Source: a virus. From it: DNA of 64,000 bases. The position numbers and the translations under genes are program-made. The stretch lies in the IMG/VR virus record IMGVR_UViG_3300029319_000006, positions 1 through 64,000 of that record; one strand, written 5' to 3'. The notes under the pieces were generated by a model that had not been told where the DNA came from, ran no database searches, and saw only the letters and a program-made list of their open reading frames with translations. Shown piece after piece: positions 17,757 through 27,014 of the stretch; position 1 is the first letter of the stretch, and every line of letters begins with the position of its first letter.

Positions 17757-18017
17757 TTATTTGCCTCTAGTTTGGTGAATATGATGAACAGGAATCATAT
17801 TTGGATGATTAACGCCTTTAGGATGTTCAACATGAGCATAAGATCTTCCACCCATATTTTTCATACCCATATAGGTTCCTGTAATCTTTTTTCCTGTTCC
17901 TTGGTGGTCAAAACTAACTTTACTGCCTTTTGGCATTTTTCTTAGTTTCTTTTTAGCTGCGTCCACCATATCAGCTTCTTTAAGAAAATTTTTGAAAGCA
18001 CCCATGTCTATCCCCAT
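17757..18017 (-). CDS. putative internal head protein
   Basis: AFKNFLKE leader; His-rich C-terminus; first gene after late promoter. Confidence 0.55.
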   Translation of the reverse strand: MGIDMGAFKNFLKEADMVDAAKKKLRKMPKGSKVSFDHQGTGKKITGTYMGMKNMGGRSYAHVEHPKGVNHPNMIPVHHIHQTRGK

Positions 18018-18036
18018 TTGATATATTATTATAACT

Positions 18037-18044
18037 TATTTATA
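18037..18044 (-). promoter_or_regulatory. late promoter TATAAATA
   Basis: Exact consensus in intergenic gap. Confidence 0.75.
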
Positions 18045-18047
18045 AGA

Positions 18048-18452
18048 TTAATAAGCTGGGGCATTAGGAATATATTCAGATATAGAACCATTTTCTCCAT
18101 CTTCTGATACCTCTATACTTACTTTTCTACCTGGATATTTCTCACATATCTTTTCTGCTAATTCATCTGATATCATTTCGCAAGATTTGTAATCGAGTTC
18201 AAGTACATCCATATTATATAAACGCTGCAACCAGCGACTAAACTGTATAAACTCAATATCACGATCTTCGTGGAGAACGTCAATACCCACCCTAAAATGG
18301 AAAATATGACGGTGAGGATTACCCAAAAAAGATACGTCATCCCAATCGCCAGTAGCAAGTTTAGGATCATCTTTTGCAGCTGGATAACAATGTATCCCCT
18401 CCTTTTGAAAAGTAACCCATATTTGACTCCTCTTTTTTATCATTAACGTCAT
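18048..18452 (-). CDS. QueD-like T-fold protein (DpdL-like candidate)
   Basis: EGIHCYP, HRHIFHF, DRDIEF, SCEM, VSEDGENG. Confidence 0.6.
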   Translation of the reverse strand: MTLMIKKRSQIWVTFQKEGIHCYPAAKDDPKLATGDWDDVSFLGNPHRHIFHFRVGIDVLHEDRDIEFIQFSRWLQRLYNMDVLELDYKSCEMISDELAEKICEKYPGRKVSIEVSEDGENGSISEYIPNAPAY

Positions 18453-18910
18453 ACAGCAACCTTTAATTCTTCTCTAATAATTCTTTTTTGTTCAACATCA
18501 TCTTTACTTAACATTTTGTAAGCATTCATTACAACATAGTTTGCTTGCTTTCTAGTAAACAATCTAAGTTCTGTAATTCCTGAACAATTATCATAATAAT
18601 TATTATCCTCTAAATTAAAATAATTTTCAACCCATACTTTATTAGGACCAGGATTAGGATACAAAACTTTATTATAATAATCTTCTAATTTTTTAGCTTC
18701 ATTATAAGAATATAAAACTTTACTATATTTTGGAAATATTTTCCAATCTTGATAATTTTTTATATATCCATCATCTACTTTAGGATCAAATCTTTTTAAT
18801 ACATCCATATGATGAGTAATTCCAAACTTTAGAAAACAGTCATCATATTTTCTCGTTTTATGTTTTGTATTAACAAACTCACATATATAAAATTTATACC
18901 ACTTGCTCAT
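18449..18910 (-). CDS. GIY-YIG/T5orf172-like endonuclease candidate
   Basis: FYI...LKFGIT....KRF, later E and TE. Confidence 0.4.
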   Translation of the reverse strand: MSKWYKFYICEFVNTKHKTRKYDDCFLKFGITHHMDVLKRFDPKVDDGYIKNYQDWKIFPKYSKVLYSYNEAKKLEDYYNKVLYPNPGPNKVWVENYFNLEDNNYYDNCSGITELRLFTRKQANYVVMNAYKMLSKDDVEQKRIIREELKVAV

Positions 18911-19596
18911 GTTCTAGTCCCCGCGAATACTTGTTGCATTTTAATATAATCTAAAAATTCATTCTTAACTGATGGATTGAAAAATTGACCACGAAGCTCA
19001 GTAGTTTGTGTAAGTGAGCTATGAGCCAATACTCCTCTGTGTTCCATACATCCATGTGTAGCTTGTACATATACAGCTAAATCTTTTGTACCCGTATGCT
19101 TCATTAATTCATTAGCAATACTCATAGTTAATTCTTCTTGCAATGTACCACGAGCTGCACACCATTGAGCAATACGAGCATATTTAGATAATCCAATAAC
19201 TTTTACTCCAGCTAACAATCCAATATATGCTACACCTTTAACAGGCTGATGGTGATGAGAACACATAGATATAAGTTCAGCACGAGTTACAATAATACCC
19301 CCATATCGAGTCTCTGGATCTACATTAGGGAAAGCAGTTACTTTAGGAGCTTTGTCATATCGTCCACCCATAATCTCATTAATATACATTTTAGCTAAAC
19401 GACGAGGAGTATCCATAGAGTTAGGATCATTATCTCTATCAATCAATAATGTATCTAAAACACCTTCAAACTTTTCTTTTAGTTCTTCAATTAATGCTTC
19501 CTTATCTCCATCTTCTATAACTTGTGATATATTATCACCAGCCCAATATCTAATTCCTTTATCTTTCAATCTTTTCTTTATAGTTTTACTAATCAT
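18907..19596 (-). CDS. folE: GTP cyclohydrolase I
   Basis: TPRRLAK, SMCSHH, GLSK, QEELT, HGCM..RG. Confidence 0.95.
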   Translation of the reverse strand: MISKTIKKRLKDKGIRYWAGDNISQVIEDGDKEALIEELKEKFEGVLDTLLIDRDNDPNSMDTPRRLAKMYINEIMGGRYDKAPKVTAFPNVDPETRYGGIIVTRAELISMCSHHHQPVKGVAYIGLLAGVKVIGLSKYARIAQWCAARGTLQEELTMSIANELMKHTGTKDLAVYVQATHGCMEHRGVLAHSSLTQTTELRGQFFNPSVKNEFLDYIKMQQVFAGTRT

Positions 19597-20589
19597 TTAT
19601 GTTCCAATCGCATTTCCAAATAGATAACAATGTAGTCTACCAGATACATTATATCCTCTCTTAAAAGCTATTTCAGCTACTTCACCCGCAGATGTTTCTT
19701 GTTCTTCTACGGTAGCTCCTACAGGCATTATATAAACAGGCCAATCTATACCTTTGTCTCTAAACATAGCAAGAACTTCTTCCATTTCTTCCCACTGTTC
19801 TTTTTTAGGACCCATTACAAATTTCAATTGACCTGATGGTCTACCAGGAGATAAGTCATTGTTAACAATAGTACTAATTTTATGATACTCTTGTACTATT
19901 TCAGGCTTGATAGCTTTCTCTCTTTTTTCTCCTGCTACAGTCCACAATTTAGGAGATACAGAAAAGAATACAGGAACAGTCCATACACCTCTATTCAATA
20001 ATGCTTCTCTGAATTCAGGTAAGAATGCTTGAGTACCATTAGTTTCCCATGTTACACACTTAGGTCTATGGTAATCCCAATGCCAAGCCTCCTCAAATTC
20101 TAAAGCAGCCATCTGAGCATGTTTCATCAATGGTTCACCACCGGTTATACAAAGATGTGCTGTTTGCTTAGATATAGGATGATGAAAACTACCAAGTGGA
20201 TTCAAATCATCTTTAGCTGTATTTTTTATCTTTTGTAATATCTCAGCAGCAGTAGCTCTACCCATTAGATGTTTGAACTTCTTAGACCAAGTATAAGAAC
20301 TATCACATCCTTTATCCCACACAGGAAGATCTTCTACTCTATTAACACTTTTTGGATCAAAGTCTTTATAAGGAAGATCGTATGTATCAGGTCTAGTAGG
20401 ATCTATTTGACCAAAGCCATCACATTGTAAGTTACATAAAAAGAATCTAACCCACAATGTCCACGTGCCTGTATAGTATCCTTCTCCTTGAATCGAATTG
20501 AATACTTCTGAGTAAGTATATTGTCTAGCTGGTTTATCTTGAGTAGATTGCACTATTTGCTCCATGTTCTGCACACTCAGCAGATACAC
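19597..20589 (-). CDS. queE: 7-carboxy-7-deazaguanine synthase (radical SAM); true start probably slightly downstream
   Basis: SEVFNSIQGEG, CNLQC...CDS, TGGEPL, ETNG, SVSPK. Confidence 0.92.
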   Translation of the reverse strand: MYLLSVQNMEQIVQSTQDKPARQYTYSEVFNSIQGEGYYTGTWTLWVRFFLCNLQCDGFGQIDPTRPDTYDLPYKDFDPKSVNRVEDLPVWDKGCDSSYTWSKKFKHLMGRATAAEILQKIKNTAKDDLNPLGSFHHPISKQTAHLCITGGEPLMKHAQMAALEFEEAWHWDYHRPKCVTWETNGTQAFLPEFREALLNRGVWTVPVFFSVSPKLWTVAGEKREKAIKPEIVQEYHKISTIVNNDLSPGRPSGQLKFVMGPKKEQWEEMEEVLAMFRDKGIDWPVYIMPVGATVEEQETSAGEVAEIAFKRGYNVSGRLHCYLFGNAIGT

Positions 20590-20977
20590 ACCAACATCTA
20601 CCTTCAGTCATTTCTTTTACTAACTTATCAGCAAATTTAAATGCATGCTCTGCAAATTTCTCTACACCTACTCCATTAAATATAGTAAGTTCACATAATC
20701 CTGCTGCAGCAATATTTTCAAAGTATTGCATCTTAGGATCTTCTAATTCTAATACTACTTTATGATCAAAATGGTCTTCTAACCATTTTTTAAGAGGCTT
20801 TAGACCACCAAAGTCTACAACCCAATTTTTATCATCTAATTGATCACATCCAAATGTAAATTTGAATTGTAAAGCATATCCATGTAGATATTTACAATGG
20901 CTATGTGCATTTGGTTGTCTAAAGCAAGCGCTTAGACCAATATTATGACCATAAGTTTTAGTCGAGTAATATTTCAT
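20534..20977 (-). CDS. queD: 6-carboxy-5,6,7,8-tetrahydropterin synthase
   Basis: C..LHGY, VVDFG.LK, FDH. Confidence 0.9.
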   Translation of the reverse strand: MKYYSTKTYGHNIGLSACFRQPNAHSHCKYLHGYALQFKFTFGCDQLDDKNWVVDFGGLKPLKKWLEDHFDHKVVLELEDPKMQYFENIAAAGLCELTIFNGVGVEKFAEHAFKFADKLVKEMTEGRCWCVSAECAEHGANSAIYSR

Positions 20978-21245
20978 TATACATTGGCTCCTCTATTGTT
21001 TTAATTCCTAATGCCCAATTCTCTGCAGCTGATTCTACATATGATATAGACTTTCCAGGAAAGCATTCTTCGTGAAACCAGTTAACAGAATTTTGTTTAT
21101 AATATAAGATATAATACAACCTATCTAAACTTTTGTCAACACATACTTTGCAATATTCAGAAAAATCATCTTTATAGTATGTAGAAATATGATCATTATC
21201 TCCTGGTAATCTCCCAGGCTTATTTGATCCTCTACCATAAATCAT
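20958..21245 (-). CDS. hypothetical protein
   Basis: Coupled ORF. Confidence 0.6.
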   Translation of the reverse strand: MIYGRGSNKPGRLPGDNDHISTYYKDDFSEYCKVCVDKSLDRLYYILYYKQNSVNWFHEECFPGKSISYVESAAENWALGIKTIEEPMYNEILLD

Positions 21246-21898
21246 ATGAATTCCTCCATTAATGGAAATATTTTAGTTATAACTTGACCAATAGCTTTAG
21301 CTAATTCCATATGTTCTTTTTGAGTACCATTTGCTGATCTTAACTCAACATAATGAATCCATGATCTTATCGTACCATTGACATATAGTCTTGATTTAGT
21401 ATTTCCTTCAGGTAATATAGATCTAGCTTGTTCTTTAGCTATTCCTTTATCTATAGCTTCTTTATAAATTCTTTGAACATTTTCAATAATAAATTTTTGT
21501 TGAGCATCCCACCAAGCTGTAAGAACATGATCATCTACATCAATACTGTTTTGTCTATTTTTACTATCTTGTAATCTAGCTTCTCTAATTTCAAAAGCTA
21601 AATCGTCCGTAGGATCAGCATATCTTTGACTGAATTCTTGAAATGAAAAAGATCTATGTCTTAATAATTGTCTAGCAATATCTCTAGTTGTTTCAATTTC
21701 TAAACAAGCACTAGCCATTTCAAACGGAGACCAATGTTTATGTTTTATCAAGTACTTTAATAGTTTTTCAGATGATTCACTATTATGTTGATTATTAGGA
21801 TTAGATACTCTTGCACAATATCCTACCACTCTTTGAATATCTCTCAATTCATATTTAATAGGACTTGATTGTGAATAAGATACTAATTTGACTTTCAT
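21242..21898 (-). CDS. thyX: flavin-dependent thymidylate synthase
   Basis: HWSPFE, RHRSFSFQEFSQRY; start reassigned to MKVKLV. Confidence 0.95.
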   Translation of the reverse strand: MKVKLVSYSQSSPIKYELRDIQRVVGYCARVSNPNNQHNSESSEKLLKYLIKHKHWSPFEMASACLEIETTRDIARQLLRHRSFSFQEFSQRYADPTDDLAFEIREARLQDSKNRQNSIDVDDHVLTAWWDAQQKFIIENVQRIYKEAIDKGIAKEQARSILPEGNTKSRLYVNGTIRSWIHYVELRSANGTQKEHMELAKAIGQVITKIFPLMEEFI

Positions 21899-22005
21899 TA
21901 AGATACCTGAACAGCAATGTATATGCACAAAGCTAAAATTGTTAATTTACCATAATCTAAATCCCATTTAGTTCCTTCACCAAAGTTTTTCTCAAATTTT
22001 TTCAT
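21898..22005 (-). CDS. 35-aa single-TM peptide
   Basis: MKKFEKNFGEGTKWDLDYGKLTILALCIYIAVQVS; GGAG SD; TAATG-coupled to thyX. Confidence 0.5.
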   Translation of the reverse strand: MKKFEKNFGEGTKWDLDYGKLTILALCIYIAVQVS

Positions 22006-22008
22006 ATC

Positions 22009-23373
22009 TTACTCCATTTTAAAATCTTTGAATCTTTCATTTATTTTACCTTTATCAAAAGCTGGTGTATCATCTACAATGTTTTCTTGATTACTTGCAT
22101 CAAATAATCTCATTTTATCTCTATCAATACCAATAACAAATCTTTTATATTTCACTGGATCGTTATATCTATTTTTTAGTTGTTTAACCATAATCTGACC
22201 AAGTTGTTCTAACTCTTCACTACTAATCAAAGCAAACATTAAGTCGGCAGTCGCGGGTAATCCAAAAGACTCGGATGTATCTTCAAGCCCAGGATCTGAG
22301 CTAGTAAAACCCGAACGCGTCGTCTGTGTTGCAGACACAATCGGTACGTCGAACTCGACAGCGAGCCCACGCAGCTCTTCAGCAATTGCTTTAATATAAG
22401 TATACGAATTAATTGCACCACCCATTCCTTTCATTCTACTAGATGAACATATATTAAGATAATCCACAAAAATAATCTCAGGCATAAAGTTACGTTTTAA
22501 TTTTAATTCATTGAGTAACGCTCTGAAGTGTCCTGTATGAGCAGAACCAGTAGGATATTCTTTTATAATAAGTTTACCATTAGTTTTAGCAGCTATATGA
22601 TCAACTTTATCCATTAACATTTGTTTTGATAAGTTTTCTAGCTGATCTAGTGGTACATCAAGGAGATTAGCATCTATACGTTCAGCTATTCTCTCCTCTG
22701 CCATCTCCATTGTGATATATAGTACATTTCTTCCTTGAGTTAAGCAAGAAGAAGCCACATGGCACATAAAAAGAGACTTTCCAACACCAGTACCAGCAAG
22801 AGCAATGTTGAGAGTTTTGTTGGGTACACCACCTTTAGTAATCTTGTTAAAATATTCAAGGTCAAACGGAATCCTTTCTTCTTGTTCATGGTAAAAATCA
22901 TAACGACCTTCCACATCTTCAATATAGTCATGTCCAACAGTAGGATCAAATGTAACTGATAATGCTTTTGTTAATAAATCAGGTAATGCATTCTTAGTTA
23001 AGGATTTATGTTTACCATCTATAATAGAAATAGATTCATATATTGCATTATAAATTGCTCTATCTTGACACCACTTTTCAGTAGAATCAATTAACCATTT
23101 TTCATCACTTTCATCTTTTACAAATAAATTTTGAAGTATTTCTTGTGCAGCTGAATATTGATCAGGATTAAATTTATCACTAGCATCTATTTCTACTTTA
23201 AGAGAATCATGGGTTGGTAAAGAATTATATTTAGCAACATACTTTGCTACTTCTTTAAACATAAGATTATATACACCCTGAAAGTATTCAGGTTTAATAA
23301 AAGGCAAAACCTTACGCATGTAAGGTTCATTAGTAATAATATTTTTTAATACTGTTTGTTCAATCGTACTCAT
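22009..23373 (-). CDS. 41: replicative DNA helicase (T4 gp41)
   Basis: AGTGVGKS, ITMEMAE, IIKEYPT, VDYLN, SESFGLP. Confidence 0.95.
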   Translation of the reverse strand: MSTIEQTVLKNIITNEPYMRKVLPFIKPEYFQGVYNLMFKEVAKYVAKYNSLPTHDSLKVEIDASDKFNPDQYSAAQEILQNLFVKDESDEKWLIDSTEKWCQDRAIYNAIYESISIIDGKHKSLTKNALPDLLTKALSVTFDPTVGHDYIEDVEGRYDFYHEQEERIPFDLEYFNKITKGGVPNKTLNIALAGTGVGKSLFMCHVASSCLTQGRNVLYITMEMAEERIAERIDANLLDVPLDQLENLSKQMLMDKVDHIAAKTNGKLIIKEYPTGSAHTGHFRALLNELKLKRNFMPEIIFVDYLNICSSSRMKGMGGAINSYTYIKAIAEELRGLAVEFDVPIVSATQTTRSGFTSSDPGLEDTSESFGLPATADLMFALISSEELEQLGQIMVKQLKNRYNDPVKYKRFVIGIDRDKMRLFDASNQENIVDDTPAFDKGKINERFKDFKME

Positions 23374-23633
23374 TTATCTGTATCGACTCTATCCATTAAG
23401 GATATGAGAATATTTCCTGTTAGTTTATGCCATTCTACATCATTATGATAATCCCAGTCAACATCCATTTGATGTTGAGTAACTATAGTACCAAATTTTA
23501 GATGTTCTTGACTTTCTCTTAGTTGAAGTTCTTTGTAATAAAATACAGTTTCAATGAATTTACCTGAAAGTATTCTAATATGCCAATGATCATTTTCTCC
23601 AGGAATTAATTCATAATCTTTATTCTCAACCAT
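23370..23633 (-). CDS. hypothetical protein
   Basis: Coupled ORF upstream of gp41. Confidence 0.6.
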   Translation of the reverse strand: MVENKDYELIPGENDHWHIRILSGKFIETVFYYKELQLRESQEHLKFGTIVTQHQMDVDWDYHNDVEWHKLTGNILISLMDRVDTDK

Positions 23634-24261
23634 ATTTAAACCTCAAACTTAATCCTAATTTTACACCATTTATGGAAGAAGTACAATGAATATTTTGATT
23701 ATTAAATAAAATAATATCTCTAGGTTCAAAATAAGTTACTGTTCCTGACATTCCAAATAAATCTTCTTTCTTTAAATGAGACAAATGATTGTTATATAAA
23801 TTATCATCTATCTCTTTATTGGTAAGATATTCAACATCATATTCATGTGGACAACCTTTAACTCCAGTATTCACTCCACAATATCTGCCAAACACTTTTA
23901 CATCATAATGCATACACCATGTAACACTTTCGTATTTCCACATTTGATCAAAAATAATAAATCTTGGTTGATTTTTAGTATACGATAAAGGTATAACTGC
24001 ATTTACACAATTTCCAAGATGACTTTTATAATCTGTATGAGGCATGTAAGGAATATCATGTTTATAATAATTACCACTTACTGCTGTAACTTTAGTTTTT
24101 AATACTTCTGATATTAAATCATCATAAGCATGCATATACTTTCCTGGATCAGCTGTATTCATAGTACCAGGATGTCTTTTATCTGAATTGTTGAATTCGT
24201 TAATGTGTCTTAGAATTCTTTGTTCTGGAATAATCTTTTTTAAGATTTTAGGCTTGTTCAA
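23626..24261 (-). CDS. 2OG-Fe(II) oxygenase-like protein
   Basis: PHTD (HxD) ... IHC, K.GLS. Confidence 0.5.
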   Translation of the reverse strand: MNKPKILKKIIPEQRILRHINEFNNSDKRHPGTMNTADPGKYMHAYDDLISEVLKTKVTAVSGNYYKHDIPYMPHTDYKSHLGNCVNAVIPLSYTKNQPRFIIFDQMWKYESVTWCMHYDVKVFGRYCGVNTGVKGCPHEYDVEYLTNKEIDDNLYNNHLSHLKKEDLFGMSGTVTYFEPRDIILFNNQNIHCTSSINGVKLGLSLRFKYG

Positions 24262-25279
24262 CTATCTCATCCATTGATACTTGTGATTGAAAACCAATAG
24301 AATATTGTTTTTTTACAAACTCTGTAAAATCAGTATCTTTGAATATAGGATCCCAAAACTCTTTATTGAGAGTATCATCATATCTAACTTTCTTTTCTGA
24401 TCCATTAGCAACATACCATCCATTAGCTGGTTTAGTAACAAAGTTGCCTGCAAGAGCAACATCTAATAAACCAGAATAGTTTTGTATACCACCTTCCCAA
24501 GATACTGTAATTGGTATTTTAGATTTTTCTTTTACATATCTACTTTTTTCTACATTAATTACAAAATGATATCCTTGTATCTCAGTTCCTTTTTTATCTT
24601 GCTGACGACCAATAATCCAAATATTATCAGCACTATAATATATACCAGTTCCACCACCAACTACATCTTTAGGAAATAATCCTATTTCTTTGTATGTGTG
24701 ATTTACTGCTAATATAGGAACATTCTTCATAGTAAGATAAGGAGTGATCATTCTAAACAAACCTTTGAGAGCTTTTGCTCTTGACATATCAGCTACTGCT
24801 TTTTCATTGATGGCATCTTCTAATTCTTTTTTAGATGCTAAGTTACCAATACTATCAATTACCACAATAACTTTATCTTCTCTTTCTAATGATTCTAATT
24901 GACCTACTAAATCAAACTTGAGTTCTTCTACATTAGTTACTGGTGTATGAAGAACTCTACTTGTATCTACTTCAAACGAATCAAAATAAGATTGAGGAGA
25001 ACCAAACTCACTATCATAAAACAACATAACTGCATCTGGATGAGCTTTCAGGTATGATGAAGCCATCATTAATGCAAATGATGTTTTGAAATGTTTTGAA
25101 GGTCCTGCTAATACAGTAAGACCTGAAGATAACCCGCCATCAATATTGCCAGATAAAGCAACATTAACCATTGGGACACTTGTAGGAGTTTGTTCTTTTT
25201 CATTGAAAAACTTAGACTCAGCTAGAACTTCCGTTGTCTTTATCTTTGAGTTCTTTTTTAGTTTGTCCATAATTGACAT
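24248..25279 (-). CDS. uvsX: RecA-like recombinase UvsX
   Basis: GPSKHFKT, FYDSEFG, IDSIGNLAS. Confidence 0.95.
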   Translation of the reverse strand: MSIMDKLKKNSKIKTTEVLAESKFFNEKEQTPTSVPMVNVALSGNIDGGLSSGLTVLAGPSKHFKTSFALMMASSYLKAHPDAVMLFYDSEFGSPQSYFDSFEVDTSRVLHTPVTNVEELKFDLVGQLESLEREDKVIVVIDSIGNLASKKELEDAINEKAVADMSRAKALKGLFRMITPYLTMKNVPILAVNHTYKEIGLFPKDVVGGGTGIYYSADNIWIIGRQQDKKGTEIQGYHFVINVEKSRYVKEKSKIPITVSWEGGIQNYSGLLDVALAGNFVTKPANGWYVANGSEKKVRYDDTLNKEFWDPIFKDTDFTEFVKKQYSIGFQSQVSMDEIVEQA

Positions 25280-26150
25280 TTTGTTCTTCCTCTCTTTCAC
25301 TCAGTTCATATTGTGATCTTAGTTCATTATTTACATCTCTAGCATGTTTCATCAAAGAAGGATCTACATCACCTAATCTTTCACAAAAATTTATCCATGC
25401 GTTCATATCTTTTGGAAAACATGCTCCACCAAAACCTTCTCTATTGTCCATACCAGGTTGCATAAGATGTGTTGGTCCTATTCTCATATCAGAAGGTAGT
25501 ACTTTCATAATATGATACCAATCTCCTCCATATTTGTCAACAACTTTTTTGAATTGGTTAACAAATATCAGTTTAGTAGCTAAAAACGAATTGACAAAAT
25601 ATTTAAAATGAGCAGCTTCAATAGGAGCCATTGGTGTATGTTGTGTACCAACTACTAAAGAGTAATGATTATAAACACCTTCTAAATATTTAATAGTTCC
25701 AGGTTCAGTACATCCAATTATTCTTATACGAGGATGAATAAAATCATTAATAGCATTCGCTTCTGTAAGAAATTCAGGCTCATAAACTATACGTGTATCT
25801 AATCTTGTAATTCTTTCAATTACATCAGGTGTAACTGTAGATTTAATCACAATAAATGCTTGTGATCCTAATATTAATGATTTGACTGCTTCTTCAACTA
25901 GTGATGCATCTATAGATCCATCATCATTGCTAGGAGTTGGTAAACATATAAAAACTATATTAGGATCAAAGTCACAGAGATCTTTTATAGTATTTTCATT
26001 AAATTTTGGATCAACAATCATTTTCTTAGTACGAGAATTAAGAAATGCAGCTTCTACTGCTTTTCCAACAAATCCTCTACCAACAATACCAAGTCTTAAT
26101 TTTTGGATTTGTTCTGGTCGTCTTATTTCAATATCTGTATTATTGTCCAT
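25218..26150 (-). CDS. UDP-glucose/GDP-mannose dehydrogenase family
   Basis: GRGFVG, CLPTP, KSTV, PEFL, GFGGACFPKD. Confidence 0.85.
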   Translation of the reverse strand: MDNNTDIEIRRPEQIQKLRLGIVGRGFVGKAVEAAFLNSRTKKMIVDPKFNENTIKDLCDFDPNIVFICLPTPSNDDGSIDASLVEEAVKSLILGSQAFIVIKSTVTPDVIERITRLDTRIVYEPEFLTEANAINDFIHPRIRIIGCTEPGTIKYLEGVYNHYSLVVGTQHTPMAPIEAAHFKYFVNSFLATKLIFVNQFKKVVDKYGGDWYHIMKVLPSDMRIGPTHLMQPGMDNREGFGGACFPKDMNAWINFCERLGDVDPSLMKHARDVNNELRSQYELSEREEEQNVNYGQTKKELKDKDNGSSS

Positions 26151-26583
26151 TTCGTTTTACCTCTTCATTATGAACTCTTGTTCTAAGATCTGTAGTTGAA
26201 AATCTATGATCTCTTTTGTTGTAATATATTTCTATACCTCTCTCTGCACACGTACTACTTCCAGTAAATGCTTTGTTTTTATATTCAGCTCCTATAATTC
26301 TTTTATCAATACTAAACATTTTTAGTATGTCTTCTAAATCAGGTTCAAATTGATATGGTACAATTTCATCTACATACTTTACAGCTTGTAGTTGAGTCCA
26401 TCTTTCAACTAAAGATTGTACAGGAGGATTTTTTTCGTCTCTATCAACACTTGGATCTACTTGTAATGCACATATTAAATAATCACATTGTTCTTTAGCT
26501 TCTCTTAACATAGAAATATGTCCAGCATGTAACAAATCAAATGTAGATGCAGTTATACCTATTATTTTTTTATTTTTTTCCAT
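26140..26583 (-). CDS. glycerol-3-phosphate cytidylyltransferase-like (TagD family)
   Basis: FDLLHAGH, R.H.FSTT. Confidence 0.85.
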   Translation of the reverse strand: MEKNKKIIGITASTFDLLHAGHISMLREAKEQCDYLICALQVDPSVDRDEKNPPVQSLVERWTQLQAVKYVDEIVPYQFEPDLEDILKMFSIDKRIIGAEYKNKAFTGSSTCAERGIEIYYNKRDHRFSTTDLRTRVHNEEVKRNGQ

Positions 26584-26770
26584 AGTAACCATAATATATC
26601 AATTTTCCATCTTTATCAACTATAAAATTAATTCCTATATCATCATCAAATAAATTAGAGTAGTCATTAGGAAGATAAGCTGAATCCATATTAAAACAAA
26701 AGGGAGGTTTATTATCTCTGTTAATTAAATCATATAAATGATTCAATACTTTTTTATTATGTGTCGACAC
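26570..26770 (-). CDS. hypothetical protein
   Basis: ORF filling operon gap. Confidence 0.45.
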   Translation of the reverse strand: MSTHNKKVLNHLYDLINRDNKPPFCFNMDSAYLPNDYSNLFDDDIGINFIVDKDGKLIYYGYYGKK

Positions 26771-27014
26771 TTTCTTTTATTCCACGCAATTTATTATAAA
26801 CTTCTTTTGGTACACAAGAAACTTTTTCTATCTCTCCTGGTAATGAACCACGATATTCTAAATACAATGTTTCCATATACTTAGGAATTTCTTGAGGATC
26901 AGTTACAGATCCTGCACATTCTTCCCAAGAATTAAAATTAGGATTGTTATAAACATATATATTTTGTGAACCATCTAAATTAAAAGATAAAAACGACACT
27001 ACTATAAACCACAT
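26757..27014 (-). CDS. hypothetical protein
   Basis: TAATG-coupled ORF. Confidence 0.6.
   Translation of the reverse strand: MWFIVVSFLSFNLDGSQNIYVYNNPNFNSWEECAGSVTDPQEIPKYMETLYLEYRGSLPGEIEKVSCVPKEVYNKLRGIKESVDT

Noticed and set aside
20978-21245. preQ1 riboswitch ahead of queD
   Set aside because: No intergenic space or motif; the region is coding.
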